Position numbers and translations under genes: made by a program
DNA from: a bacterium
GTDB lineage: Bacteria; Zhuqueibacterota; Zhuqueibacteria; Oceanimicrobiales; Oceanimicrobiaceae
Reading direction: 5' to 3'
Assembly (NCBI GenBank): GCA_046757025.1
Contig: JBHHXN010000002.1
Coordinates: 53,000 to 116,999, forward strand
Length of the DNA: 64,000 nt
Shown: positions 33,353 through 42,973 of the stretch, piece after piece
How the letters are laid out: each line of letters starts with the position of its first letter
Position numbering within the stretch: the stretch's first letter is position 1
The notes under the pieces: generated by a model
Seen by the model: only the letters and a program-made list of their open reading frames with translations
The model's database searches: none
Told to the model about the DNA's origin: nothing

Positions 33353-34639
33353 GTGTATTTCAAAAAAACGATTCTTTTCATCATTAGCAGCGTTATTTTT
33401 TGCAACACTCTTTTTTCACAGGAAGTGTTGGACAAAATCATTGCGATCGTTGGGGATAATATCATTCTCCAATCAGAACTATTTCAATATTCCTATACAC
33501 TGGCCATGCGAATGGGCATCGACCCTCAGAGCGAAGTTGATAAAATGGAAAGTTTACGCAAAGAGACCTTAAAGAATTTAATTGTACAAAAGGTCTTGTT
33601 GGTCAAAGCCAAGGAAGATAGCATCCTGGTCAGCGATAAACAAGTTGATATGTTGCTTGAAGACCAGATAAAACAAATGATTCAACAGGCCGGTTCCGAA
33701 GAACAAGTGGAAAAATATTTTGGCATGACTGTTAGACAAATCAGACGCGAATTCAGAAAAGAAGTAGAGGAACGATTATTGGTCGACAGGATCAAAGCTA
33801 AAAAAGATCAGGATGTGCACATTTCCAGAAGAGAGGTAGAGGCCTTTTACAAGGCCCATCGCGACAGTCTTCCAGAGCTAAAAGAGTCTGTCAAGATTCG
33901 CCACATTCTCATTCCCATCGAAGCCAGTCAATCTGCTGAAACGGCCGCTCGAGAAAAAATCGAAGCTATTCTGGAGAGATTAAAAAAGGGAGAGGACTTT
34001 CAGGAGCTGGCGCGACAGTTTTCTGAGGACCCCGGCTCGGCCGATAAAGGCGGAAATTTAGGCGTTATGGAACGTGGAGACCTGGTGAAAGAGTTTGAAG
34101 AAGTGGCTTTCGCTTTGGAGCCGGGCCAGATTTCAGATATTGTTAAAACGCGCTTTGGATTCCATATTATTCAATTGATCAAAAAAACGGGTGAAAAGAT
34201 AAATCCGCGACACATCTTGATTAGATTGGACACCTCGCCCGATGATGAAAGCGCCACCGTAAGTAGATTAAATAAAATTCGAGATCAGATTTTAGCCGGC
34301 GAGATCACTTTTTCTGAAGCTGCAAAACAGTATTCGAAAGATGAACCAACCGCCTCCCGCGGGGGCGATTTGGGGTGGTTCCAGATCGATCAATTTCAGA
34401 TTGAAACGTTCAAAAAGGCCATCGTCGGATTGAAAAAGGGAGACATCTCTCAACCTGTCAAAACCAAATTTGGATATCATTTAATTTGGGTCGAAGATCG
34501 AAAACCCGCTCGGCGTCTTGATATTAAGGAAGATTGGGAGCAAATTGAATCCTGGGCTTTGAATATGAAAAGACAAAGAGAATTTCAAAAGTGGGTTGAG
34601 GATATTAAAAAGGATATCTATATCGAAATCAAGATTTAG
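33353..34639 (+). CDS. surA: SurA-like periplasmic chaperone with two parvulin domains
   Basis: Signal peptide, LDKIIAIVGDNIILQSE, two HIL...S.D...GG.LG...FG.H.I units. Confidence 0.85.
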   Translation: MYFKKTILFIISSVIFCNTLFSQEVLDKIIAIVGDNIILQSELFQYSYTLAMRMGIDPQSEVDKMESLRKETLKNLIVQKVLLVKAKEDSILVSDKQVDMLLEDQIKQMIQQAGSEEQVEKYFGMTVRQIRREFRKEVEERLLVDRIKAKKDQDVHISRREVEAFYKAHRDSLPELKESVKIRHILIPIEASQSAETAAREKIEAILERLKKGEDFQELARQFSEDPGSADKGGNLGVMERGDLVKEFEEVAFALEPGQISDIVKTRFGFHIIQLIKKTGEKINPRHILIRLDTSPDDESATVSRLNKIRDQILAGEITFSEAAKQYSKDEPTASRGGDLGWFQIDQFQIETFKKAIVGLKKGDISQPVKTKFGYHLIWVEDRKPARRLDIKEDWEQIESWALNMKRQREFQKWVEDIKKDIYIEIKI

Positions 34640-34717
34640 CGTACGTCGTTTCCTCAATTTAATTAAAAGACCTGCTAAAAGAATCGAAAATCTGCAAACG
34701 AATTTATAAAGGCAAAG

Positions 34718-35227
34718 ATGATTATTTTAGAAATCCTGGGTTATATTTTGTTTTGGTTCATCATGATTGCGGGCATCATCATTATTCCGTTTGGAATACC
34801 TGGTACGTTTCTTATCGTGGCCAATGTGTTTGTGTTCGGCTGGCTCACGGATTTTACAGAAATAACCGGCGGGTTTATCGGGATTCTATTGACGATAGCC
34901 ATCGCTGTTGAAATTATCGAATTTTTACTGGGCGCAGCCACGGCCGGAAAATTTGGCGCTTCACGCAAGGGCATGTTTGGCGCCATTCTTGGGGGCTTTC
35001 TTGGCGCCATCTGGGCGACGCCATTGCTGCCATTGATTGGGACTTTAATCGGTGCTTTTGTGGGTGCTTTCGCTGGCGCCGCGCTGTTAGAATATCTTGG
35101 CTCATCTGATCTGAAAAAATCTCTGCGTGCAGGATTTGGTGCCTTCCTGGGTGCCGTGGGAGGTAAATTTACCAAAATTGCTGCCGCTGTGGCCATGGCG
35201 GTCATGGTGGGTTTTAGACTAATTTGA
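34718..35227 (+). CDS. DUF456 family membrane protein
   Basis: IIPFGIPG, KFGASRKG..GAILGG..G, Gly-rich TM helices. Confidence 0.8.
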   Translation: MIILEILGYILFWFIMIAGIIIIPFGIPGTFLIVANVFVFGWLTDFTEITGGFIGILLTIAIAVEIIEFLLGAATAGKFGASRKGMFGAILGGFLGAIWATPLLPLIGTLIGAFVGAFAGAALLEYLGSSDLKKSLRAGFGAFLGAVGGKFTKIAAAVAMAVMVGFRLI

Positions 35228-35910
35228 AGTTTTTTATGCGAATTGTTGTTCTATTTATTTTAACGATTAATTTTATCGTCGTCTCAAATATATCGGCGCA
35301 GTTAAAAACCCCACAGAGCGGGTTTGTACTGGCCAGATTAAAATATCACGGCGGCGGCGACTGGTATAATGACCCGTCTATAATTCCGAACCTTTTGAAT
35401 TTTATGTCCCAAAATACCAACATCAAAGTTGGTGAAAAAGAACAAACCGTTGAAATCGTGAACGAAGATCTTTTTTCGTTTCCAATCATATTTATGACCG
35501 GGCACGGCCGAATTTCTTTTTCAAAAGAGGAGGCGGCCAGACTGCGATTATATTTAACATCTGGTGGATTTCTATTTGCGGATGATGATTATGGTATGGA
35601 TAAATCTTTTCGCGAAGAAATCAAAAAAGTCTTTCCCGAGCAGCCACTGGTAGAAATTCCCTTTTCACATCCCATCTACCATTGTCATTTTGAATTTCCG
35701 AACGGTCTTCCAAAAACGCATGAACATGATGGGGGCCCTCCAAAGGGATATGGCATTTTTTATGATGGCAGGTTGGTGGTATTTTATGTTTTCAACAGCA
35801 ACATTTCAGACGGTTGGGCCGACCCCCAGGTACACGGCGACCCTCCGGAAGTGCGGCAAAGGGCGCTGGAAATGGGCACCAACATCGTGGTTTATGCTTT
35901 AACAAATTGA
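35224..35910 (+). CDS. DUF4159 domain exported protein
   Basis: Signal peptide; LKYHGGGDWY, MTGHG, YLTSGGFLFADDDY, HPIYH. Confidence 0.85.
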   Translation: MKFFMRIVVLFILTINFIVVSNISAQLKTPQSGFVLARLKYHGGGDWYNDPSIIPNLLNFMSQNTNIKVGEKEQTVEIVNEDLFSFPIIFMTGHGRISFSKEEAARLRLYLTSGGFLFADDDYGMDKSFREEIKKVFPEQPLVEIPFSHPIYHCHFEFPNGLPKTHEHDGGPPKGYGIFYDGRLVVFYVFNSNISDGWADPQVHGDPPEVRQRALEMGTNIVVYALTN

Positions 35911-35917
35911 GGTTCAA

Positions 35918-38900
35918 ATGGATGTTCACGATCACTATTTTAATAAACTCCTTAAAAAACTAAGCACGCTTCGCAGCAGATTAAAAAAAACAATCTTAGT
36001 TGAAAATGCGCTGCATTTTGGGGTATTAATGCTGATCACTGTTGTGATTGCTTTGCTGCTGGAATCGATTTTTTACTTTGAGCCCGGGACACGAATTTTA
36101 CTACTCTCGATCTCCGGTTTCATTTTGGTTGGTGGATTCAGTTATCTTGTATTGCGCCCTCTCTATTCGCTTTTTTTTCAAAAAAAGTCTCCGGATGATA
36201 TCACCCTGGCCTTGAAAGTTGGCGACCGTTTCCACCAGGTTCGAGATAAACTGGCGGATGCCTTACAAGTTTTTAAAAAGCACGAAAGCAACCCGGAGAG
36301 ATATTCCCTGGAATTGGTGGATGCTTCGTTAGCCATCACGTTCGAGGAAATCAAGCATTTTGATTTTGAGACCGTGGTCGAAAAGGCCGGCATAAAAAAA
36401 GCATTAAAAATTGGATTCATCAGCTTACTACTTACCGCTGGGATATTTATACTCTTTCCATCGGGTTTGTTCAACGCGTCTTTTCGATTATTTCACCCCA
36501 CCCAGTCGTTTGCAAAAAATACCGGCCTGGATTTCGAGGTGGCGCCGGGCAATCTTGAAGTCGTCAAAGGAGAAAGCGTTGAAATACAGGCGCGCATTTC
36601 AGGGGCGGAAATTTCACAATTGAATTTGGTGTTTAAAAAAGCGAATTCGAAAGATTTTGAGCGCAAAGAGTTGCGGGCTGTGGTTTTAAATCAATTCAAA
36701 TATACGCTTGAAAATTTGACGGATGATGTTGAGTATTACGTAGAGGTTGAAAACAAGCAGAGTCAACATTATTTGCTTTCCGTGGTAGAGTTGCCTTTTG
36801 TACGTAATCTACAGGTGAAATTAAGATATCCCAAATACACGGGCCTGGGTAGTCAGCTCTTAGATGAAAATGTTGGAGATCTGACCGCCCTGAAAGGTAC
36901 GACTGTGGAGCTGTATTTAAAAACGAATAAAACGGTCAACTCGGCAGAAATCAATTTTGAAGATACAAAGCGTATTCCTTTAACCATAAATGGCCCGGAG
37001 ATCACGGGTCGCTTTGTGCTGAAACGGAGTGGTCATTATCACTTTAGCCTAATCGATAAGAAAGGTCGGCAAAACCTGAATCCCATCGAATACCGAATGG
37101 AAATTACAGAAGATCAATTTCCGCTGGTGCAAATTACTTTTCCAGGTCAGGATGTGGATCTCGGGGAGGATATGTTGATACCTTTAACCGTTGAAGCTCA
37201 GGATGATTTCGGGCTGTCGAAATTGCGGTTGGGTTATAAAATATTAAGCGGCGGCGTTAACGAAAGCCCTCTGCAATACATAGATTTGCCCACCCCCAAA
37301 AAGAGTGAAGACAAGCTGCTGATAAATTACACCTGGCAACTTGCTGAGCTGGAGATCTTTCCGGAAGACGTGATCGCTTATTTTGCTGAAGCATTTGATA
37401 ACGATCGAATCTCGGCGCCCAAAAGCTCCAAAAGTATTACCTACCATGTTCGCTTCCCTTCCATTTACGAAATGTACGACGAAATCGCCCGAGGTCATGA
37501 AGAAACGATCGAGCAGTTGGATGAGATGTATGATAAGAGCGAATCTTTGAAAGAAGATTTGAAACAAATTGTCCAGGAAATGAAAAAAGAGCCGGAGCTA
37601 AATTGGGAGGAGAAACAGAAAGTTCAAGAAGCGGTGCAATCTCAGGAAAAAATGCAGCAGGAGCTGCAAGACATTCAGGAAAGATTAGACGAGATGGTCA
37701 ACCGCATGGAGCAGAATGATCTGCTTTCGATGGAAACCCTGCAAAAATACCAGGAGCTGCAAAAGCTCATGGAAGAAATGTTGACCCCGGAATTGCAGGA
37801 GGCGCTCAGGGAATTACAAAAATCTTTTGATGAAGTGGATCCGCAAAAACTCAAAGAGGCCATGGAAAAATTTGCGGCTTCGCAAGAGGATTTTTTGAAA
37901 AGCATCGAGCGTACCATGAATTTGTTAAAAAAGCTGCAAATAGAACAAAAACTCGATGAAGCGATTCGCAAAGCTCAGGATTTGCTCAAAAGACAGGAAG
38001 AACTAAATAAACAAGCCACGGATTCGCCACAAAAACAAAACAGCAGCAAGTATGCTCAGGAACAAAAAGGCCTCCGGAAAGATACCGGCAATCTCTCGGA
38101 AAATTTGGAAGAATTAAAAAAGCGCATGAGTGAGTTTCCCGGCATGCCAGAAAAGCGCATCGATGCGGCGCTAAATGAAATTAACAAGAACGGTTTGAAA
38201 TCTCAAATGCAGCAAGCCACGAATCAATTTCAACAAGGCGATTTTGATGGCGCTCAAAAAACCGGACAACAAATTTCACAAAATCTGCAAGAACTGTTAG
38301 AAACGCTGCAAACGGCGCAGCAGGAACTATCGGACCAGCAAAAGCAAGAAGTCGTGCGGGCTCTCAGTCAATCCACTTTTGATTTGCTGAATCTTTCCAA
38401 GCAGCAGGAAAACCTGATGAATTCTACACAGGGAATGGACCGCAATTCTCCCGGCATGAATGAAACGGCCGACCAGCAGCAAGACTTGCTATCGGGTCTC
38501 GCCAGAACCACCAATCAACTTTATGAGCTCTCACAAAAGACGTTTTTTGTGACGCCTGAAATTGGCAAGGCGCTGGGTAAATCCATGAGCGGTATGCGGC
38601 AGTCGTTACAATCTTTAGAAGCCAGAAAAAGCGGCACCTCTCTTCAGGGTCAGGGCGAAGCCATGGCGGGTTTGAACGAAGCGGTATCGCAATTGCGCAA
38701 TTCCATGAAAAAGTTGAACGGCGCGTCTTCGGCTATCGGTTTTCAAGAAATGATGCAGCGGCTCACTGGGATGTCTGAGCAACAACAGGGAATAAATCAG
38801 CGAACTTCGGAGATGGGACAGAAACCTGGTATGAGTATGGAGCAGCAAGCTGCCATGTCAAGATTAGCTGCGGAACAACGAGCGGTACAAAAATCGCTGG

Positions 38901-39298
38901 AACAGCTCCTGAAAGAAGTTGGCAATCGCGGGGAGCTGCTCGGTGATTTGAACAAAGTGAGCGAAGACATGGAAAAAGTGGTTCAGGAATTGCAAAAACA
39001 AAATGTCAACCGCTCTACCCTCGATCGACAAAAACGAATCCTGTCGAGATTACTCGACGCGCAACGTTCCATGCATAACAGGGATTACAGCAAAAAGCGA
39101 AGAGCTGAGACCGGCAAAGAATACCGTCCGTTAAGCCCGGAGGCATTGCCGGCAACGGTTCTTTCCAAAAAAGATCGATTGCGGGATGAATTGCTAAAAG
39201 CTATGAAAGAAGGCTACTCAAAGGATTTTAAAGAATTGATACGAAAATATTTTGAGGCGCTAAATCGCGAACAGATAGAGGAGTCGTTAAACAATTAA
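35918..39298 (+). CDS. DUF4175-like large membrane-anchored protein (3 TM, Ig-like domains, long Q/E-rich coiled coil)
   Basis: N-terminal TM helices, AQDDFGL, EAFDND, long coiled coil, C-terminal ELIRKYFEAL. Confidence 0.75.
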   Translation: MDVHDHYFNKLLKKLSTLRSRLKKTILVENALHFGVLMLITVVIALLLESIFYFEPGTRILLLSISGFILVGGFSYLVLRPLYSLFFQKKSPDDITLALKVGDRFHQVRDKLADALQVFKKHESNPERYSLELVDASLAITFEEIKHFDFETVVEKAGIKKALKIGFISLLLTAGIFILFPSGLFNASFRLFHPTQSFAKNTGLDFEVAPGNLEVVKGESVEIQARISGAEISQLNLVFKKANSKDFERKELRAVVLNQFKYTLENLTDDVEYYVEVENKQSQHYLLSVVELPFVRNLQVKLRYPKYTGLGSQLLDENVGDLTALKGTTVELYLKTNKTVNSAEINFEDTKRIPLTINGPEITGRFVLKRSGHYHFSLIDKKGRQNLNPIEYRMEITEDQFPLVQITFPGQDVDLGEDMLIPLTVEAQDDFGLSKLRLGYKILSGGVNESPLQYIDLPTPKKSEDKLLINYTWQLAELEIFPEDVIAYFAEAFDNDRISAPKSSKSITYHVRFPSIYEMYDEIARGHEETIEQLDEMYDKSESLKEDLKQIVQEMKKEPELNWEEKQKVQEAVQSQEKMQQELQDIQERLDEMVNRMEQNDLLSMETLQKYQELQKLMEEMLTPELQEALRELQKSFDEVDPQKLKEAMEKFAASQEDFLKSIERTMNLLKKLQIEQKLDEAIRKAQDLLKRQEELNKQATDSPQKQNSSKYAQEQKGLRKDTGNLSENLEELKKRMSEFPGMPEKRIDAALNEINKNGLKSQMQQATNQFQQGDFDGAQKTGQQISQNLQELLETLQTAQQELSDQQKQEVVRALSQSTFDLLNLSKQQENLMNSTQGMDRNSPGMNETADQQQDLLSGLARTTNQLYELSQKTFFVTPEIGKALGKSMSGMRQSLQSLEARKSGTSLQGQGEAMAGLNEAVSQLRNSMKKLNGASSAIGFQEMMQRLTGMSEQQQGINQRTSEMGQKPGMSMEQQAAMSRLAAEQRAVQKSLEQLLKEVGNRGELLGDLNKVSEDMEKVVQELQKQNVNRSTLDRQKRILSRLLDAQRSMHNRDYSKKRRAETGKEYRPLSPEALPATVLSKKDRLRDELLKAMKEGYSKDFKELIRKYFEALNREQIEESLNN

Positions 39299-39299
39299 T

Positions 39300-41168
39300 A
39301 TGTCTAATCTACCAAAGAAAGTATTTGCTAAATTTTTATGTTTTTTCATTTTCACGTTTTGCGCAGCAAGCATTCCACCGGAAAAGGCCTTCGCGCAATC
39401 CCAAAATCAGAACAGCAGCCGTATTCGCGTGGCCCAGGATTTTGAGCGCCGAGGCGATTTCAGTTCTGCCCTTAAAATATATCGCAGCTTGTTCGAGCTG
39501 GTTCCCCAAAATCAACTTTATTATGAAGGCGTCAAGCGCAATATGATACGCCTTAAATTGTACGATGAATTGATCGATTTGATCCGGTTTCGGATTGGTC
39601 TCAGAAACGATCCCCGATTTCATGCCGACCTCGGCAACGTTTATTACAAAAAAGGCGAGCAGGAGCAAGCATTACAGATTTGGAAGTTGCTGTTGCAAAG
39701 GTATCCAACGAATCGCTCGGTTTATCCGTATGTGGCCAGCGCCATGTTGGCTAACCGCCTTTACGACGAAGCCATCGAGGTTTATAAACAGGCCAGAGAA
39801 AATTTCCGCAATGAGGATTTATTTGTCTTCGAGTTGGCCAATATTTACGTTTTGCGTTTGAATTACAAAGCTGCCACGCTGGAATATCTGCGGTATTTGG
39901 AAAAAAATCCACAGCAATTTAATTATATTGAAGGCCGGATTGCCAGTTACACGAAAGAGCCCGAACAGGCAAGGGTCGTCGCGGAGATATTAAAAGCGAA
40001 CCTATCTTCTACCAAGCATGAATATTTGTTGCGCAAGCAACTGGCCGATCTTTATTTAAGAATTGAGGATTATGGCAATTCGTTGACCGAATTCAAATTG
40101 CTTGAAAATATTCCCAATCCATTGAACAATCAGAACAAAGCGGTTGGCCAGGAGATCTATTTCTTTGCTGAAAAGGCGCTCAATGCCGGAGAGTATGATT
40201 ATGCCCAGCAAGCCTTTGATTTAATTCTCACTAAATATAGAAACTCGCCGTACCGAATCCGAGCGCTTTTGGGCGTGGCGCTCGCCAAACAAAAACAAGG
40301 TCGTTCTGCCGAAGCCATCGAAAGTTTTCGGGCGCTGATCAAAGCCGCTTCCCGGAATCCATGGGCAGGAGAGGCGCAGTTTCAAATCGCTGAAATATAC
40401 TTCGATGATTTTTTTGATCTCGATCGAGCGTTGGCTTCTTATTATGCGTTACTCAAAAAATTCCCCAACGGTCGAAATTCCGTGGATGCCTATTTTAGAA
40501 TAGGAGATTGTTTTACAGCGAAGGGTGATTTACAGACGGCCATAACGTGGTACAAGAAACCCCTGGCTCGCAACGATGTGAAAAACGACATCAAGGATCG
40601 CTCGGTGTACAAAATAGCCTATGTCGATTTTCTGAACGGGCAGTTTGATGAAGCGCTGGAGAAACTCAATAAAATTACCACGAACCTCAGTAACAAACAG
40701 GAGGCCGAACAAAAGTATGTCAACGATGCACTTGAACTGAGCCTTTTGATTGAATCCAATAAAAAAGCCTCACCCGAGGCCCTGTCCGAGTATAGCCGGG
40801 CGCAGAAACTTAAATTTCAAAGAAAAACCGCCGAGGCCATTAAGACCTTACAAACCGTTGTTGCAAATTACCCGCAAGCAGAAATTCTGGATGAGACCCT
40901 GCTTGAGCTGGGAGAACTGGAGAAAATACGAGGCAACTTTCAGGCGGCTATCGATTACTTACAGACTTTGTTAGAAAACCAATCCGCCAGTGTGTATAAC
41001 GCGTTAGCCCAGAAGCGTATTGGTGAAATATATGAAGAGCATCTTGGTGATTTTCAGAATGCCGCCAGGGCCTACGAATTGGTACTGATAAATTATCCCC
41101 ACAGTCTTTATCTGGAAGAAGTCCGGCACAGAATCAGAGCCTTGCAAACCCGACAATTGAACAATTGA
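39300..41168 (+). CDS. Exported tetratricopeptide-repeat protein
   Basis: Signal peptide ending AFA; many TPRs with the A...Y..L...YP.S pattern. Confidence 0.85.
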   Translation: MSNLPKKVFAKFLCFFIFTFCAASIPPEKAFAQSQNQNSSRIRVAQDFERRGDFSSALKIYRSLFELVPQNQLYYEGVKRNMIRLKLYDELIDLIRFRIGLRNDPRFHADLGNVYYKKGEQEQALQIWKLLLQRYPTNRSVYPYVASAMLANRLYDEAIEVYKQARENFRNEDLFVFELANIYVLRLNYKAATLEYLRYLEKNPQQFNYIEGRIASYTKEPEQARVVAEILKANLSSTKHEYLLRKQLADLYLRIEDYGNSLTEFKLLENIPNPLNNQNKAVGQEIYFFAEKALNAGEYDYAQQAFDLILTKYRNSPYRIRALLGVALAKQKQGRSAEAIESFRALIKAASRNPWAGEAQFQIAEIYFDDFFDLDRALASYYALLKKFPNGRNSVDAYFRIGDCFTAKGDLQTAITWYKKPLARNDVKNDIKDRSVYKIAYVDFLNGQFDEALEKLNKITTNLSNKQEAEQKYVNDALELSLLIESNKKASPEALSEYSRAQKLKFQRKTAEAIKTLQTVVANYPQAEILDETLLELGELEKIRGNFQAAIDYLQTLLENQSASVYNALAQKRIGEIYEEHLGDFQNAARAYELVLINYPHSLYLEEVRHRIRALQTRQLNN

Positions 41169-41175
41169 GATTAAC

Positions 41176-42450
41176 ATGAAAATTTTTTTTCGATTTCTGA
41201 TTTTTGTCCTGCTTGCAGTGAATCTGTTTCCTTCCGTAAGCCGGGCGCAAAAAATTTTAGTTTATATGGATTTAAAGCAAACGGATCATCTGAAGGCCTA
41301 TGGTGTGGCTTACTGGGCGCTTGAAAGAAACATCAATGTGGAATGGCTGCTAAATTATCGCGGCGGCTCGTTTTTGCTGGATTATTTTCCCGCGGTGGAA
41401 CAGCAACTGCGCTTGCGCGGCGTGGCGTTCTCAAACGTCAGCGGTGTCGAAGCGGCGCAAATTTATGCTGACATCGAACAGAATAACATGGATGTCATCT
41501 TGTTAGAAAAAGCGCCGGAAATTGCCGTTTACACTCCACCCAATAAACAAGTCTGGGATGATGCTGTGACTTTAGCTCTGACTTACGCGGAAATACCTTA
41601 TGAAACTTTGTGGGATGAGGACGTCTTAAACGGAGCTCTGGAAAAATATGATTGGCTTCATCTTCACCACGAAGACTTTTCCGGTCAGTACGGAAAATTT
41701 TACGCCAACTTTCGAAACGCCCCCTGGTATATCGAGGAGGTCCTCAAAAACGAGAACATGGCCAAAACGTTTGGCTTTTCTAAAGTCTCTGACGAAAAAA
41801 AGGCCGTGGCTAAACTGATCAAGGATTACGTGCTAAAGGGCGGTTTTGTGTTCGCCATGTGCTCCGCCACCGATACCATCGATTTGGCGCTGGCGGCTGA
41901 AAATACCGACATCGTGCCGGCAGTATTTGATGGCGATCCGCCCGCACCCGACTGCCAGTCTTCCTTGGATTATTCCAAAACATTTGCTTTTGAAAATTTC
42001 ATCGTCGAGCTGAACCCGCTCGTTTACGAACATTCGAATATTGACATCCCACCCAGCAACATGCCGCGAGTGAGAAACGCCGAGGCAGACTATTTCACAC
42101 TGTTTGAGTTTTCAGCTAAATACGATCCCGTGCCCACCATGTTAACTCAAAACCATGTGTCGGTGGTGAAAGGATTCATGGGACAAACCACGGCTTATAA
42201 ACGCAGCTTGATCAAAAAAAGCGTGACCATTCTCGGCGAAGTGGAAGGCTCCGAAGAAGTGAAGTACATTCACGGCAATCTTGGCCGGGGGACGTTTACT
42301 TTTTACGGTGGCCACGACCCGGAAGATTATCAACATTTTGTTTATGATCCGCCGACTCAGCTTTCCCTCCACAAAAACTCGCCGGGCTATCGTTTGATTT
42401 TAAACAACATCTTATTTCCCGCAGCAAAAAAGAAAAAGAGAAAGACTTGA
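41176..42450 (+). CDS. Conserved exported protein with class-I glutamine-amidotransferase-like fold (family often labelled 'asparagine synthetase B' in Bacteroidota)
   Basis: HLKAYGVAYW, WLLNYRGGSF, DWLHLHHEDF, GGFVFAMCSATD, GGHDPEDY, SPGYRLILNNILFPAA. Confidence 0.7.
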   Translation: MKIFFRFLIFVLLAVNLFPSVSRAQKILVYMDLKQTDHLKAYGVAYWALERNINVEWLLNYRGGSFLLDYFPAVEQQLRLRGVAFSNVSGVEAAQIYADIEQNNMDVILLEKAPEIAVYTPPNKQVWDDAVTLALTYAEIPYETLWDEDVLNGALEKYDWLHLHHEDFSGQYGKFYANFRNAPWYIEEVLKNENMAKTFGFSKVSDEKKAVAKLIKDYVLKGGFVFAMCSATDTIDLALAAENTDIVPAVFDGDPPAPDCQSSLDYSKTFAFENFIVELNPLVYEHSNIDIPPSNMPRVRNAEADYFTLFEFSAKYDPVPTMLTQNHVSVVKGFMGQTTAYKRSLIKKSVTILGEVEGSEEVKYIHGNLGRGTFTFYGGHDPEDYQHFVYDPPTQLSLHKNSPGYRLILNNILFPAAKKKKRKT

Positions 42451-42520
42451 GTCATCGCGGACAAAAAATTAGTTAGACTTTATCCTACCGGTTTAAATCG
42501 TTCTTTTCCAGCCTTTTCGC

Positions 42521-42549
42521 TTGACATTTCAGGTATTTTAAATTATTTT
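42521..42549 (+). promoter_or_regulatory. Putative sigma-70 promoter for yjbQ-thiL-lut
   Basis: TTGACA-17nt-TATTTT, followed by GAGG RBS. Confidence 0.55.
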
Positions 42550-42577
42550 AGCACGGTTAAATGACAGAGGTTTTTCT

Positions 42578-42970
42578 ATGCTTGAAGAAATTACCGTCCG
42601 CACCCACGAGCGGGTTGCCTTCATTAAGATTACTCAAAATGTAAAGAAAATCGTAAACGACCAGGGAATTCAACAGGGCGTCGTGCATATTTATGTGCCG
42701 CATACCACGGCAGGTGTAACCATCAACGAGGGCGCCGACCCCGATGTGGTGCGCGACATGATCAAAGAATTCAACAAAATAGTCCCGTTTGAGGATGATT
42801 ATTTGCACAGGGAAGGCAACTCTGCCGCACACATCAAATCGAGTCTGATGGGATCCTCTGCGACTGTGTTTATTCAAAACCGCCAATTGGTTTTAGGTAC
42901 ATGGCAGGATATTTTCTTTTGTGAATTTGATGGCCCACGCTCCCGCCGGATAATGGTGCATGTTAGCTGA
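42578..42970 (+). CDS. yjbQ: YjbQ (UPF0047) secondary thiamine-phosphate synthase family
   Basis: PHTTAGVTINE, EGNSAAHIKS, LGTWQ..FFCEFDGPRSR. Confidence 0.92.
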   Translation: MLEEITVRTHERVAFIKITQNVKKIVNDQGIQQGVVHIYVPHTTAGVTINEGADPDVVRDMIKEFNKIVPFEDDYLHREGNSAAHIKSSLMGSSATVFIQNRQLVLGTWQDIFFCEFDGPRSRRIMVHVS

Positions 42971-42973
42971 CCC

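Noticed and set aside
37500..39100. Q/E/K-rich quasi-repetitive stretch as a tandem repeat or array
   Set aside because: Coiled-coil coding sequence without a fixed DNA period.
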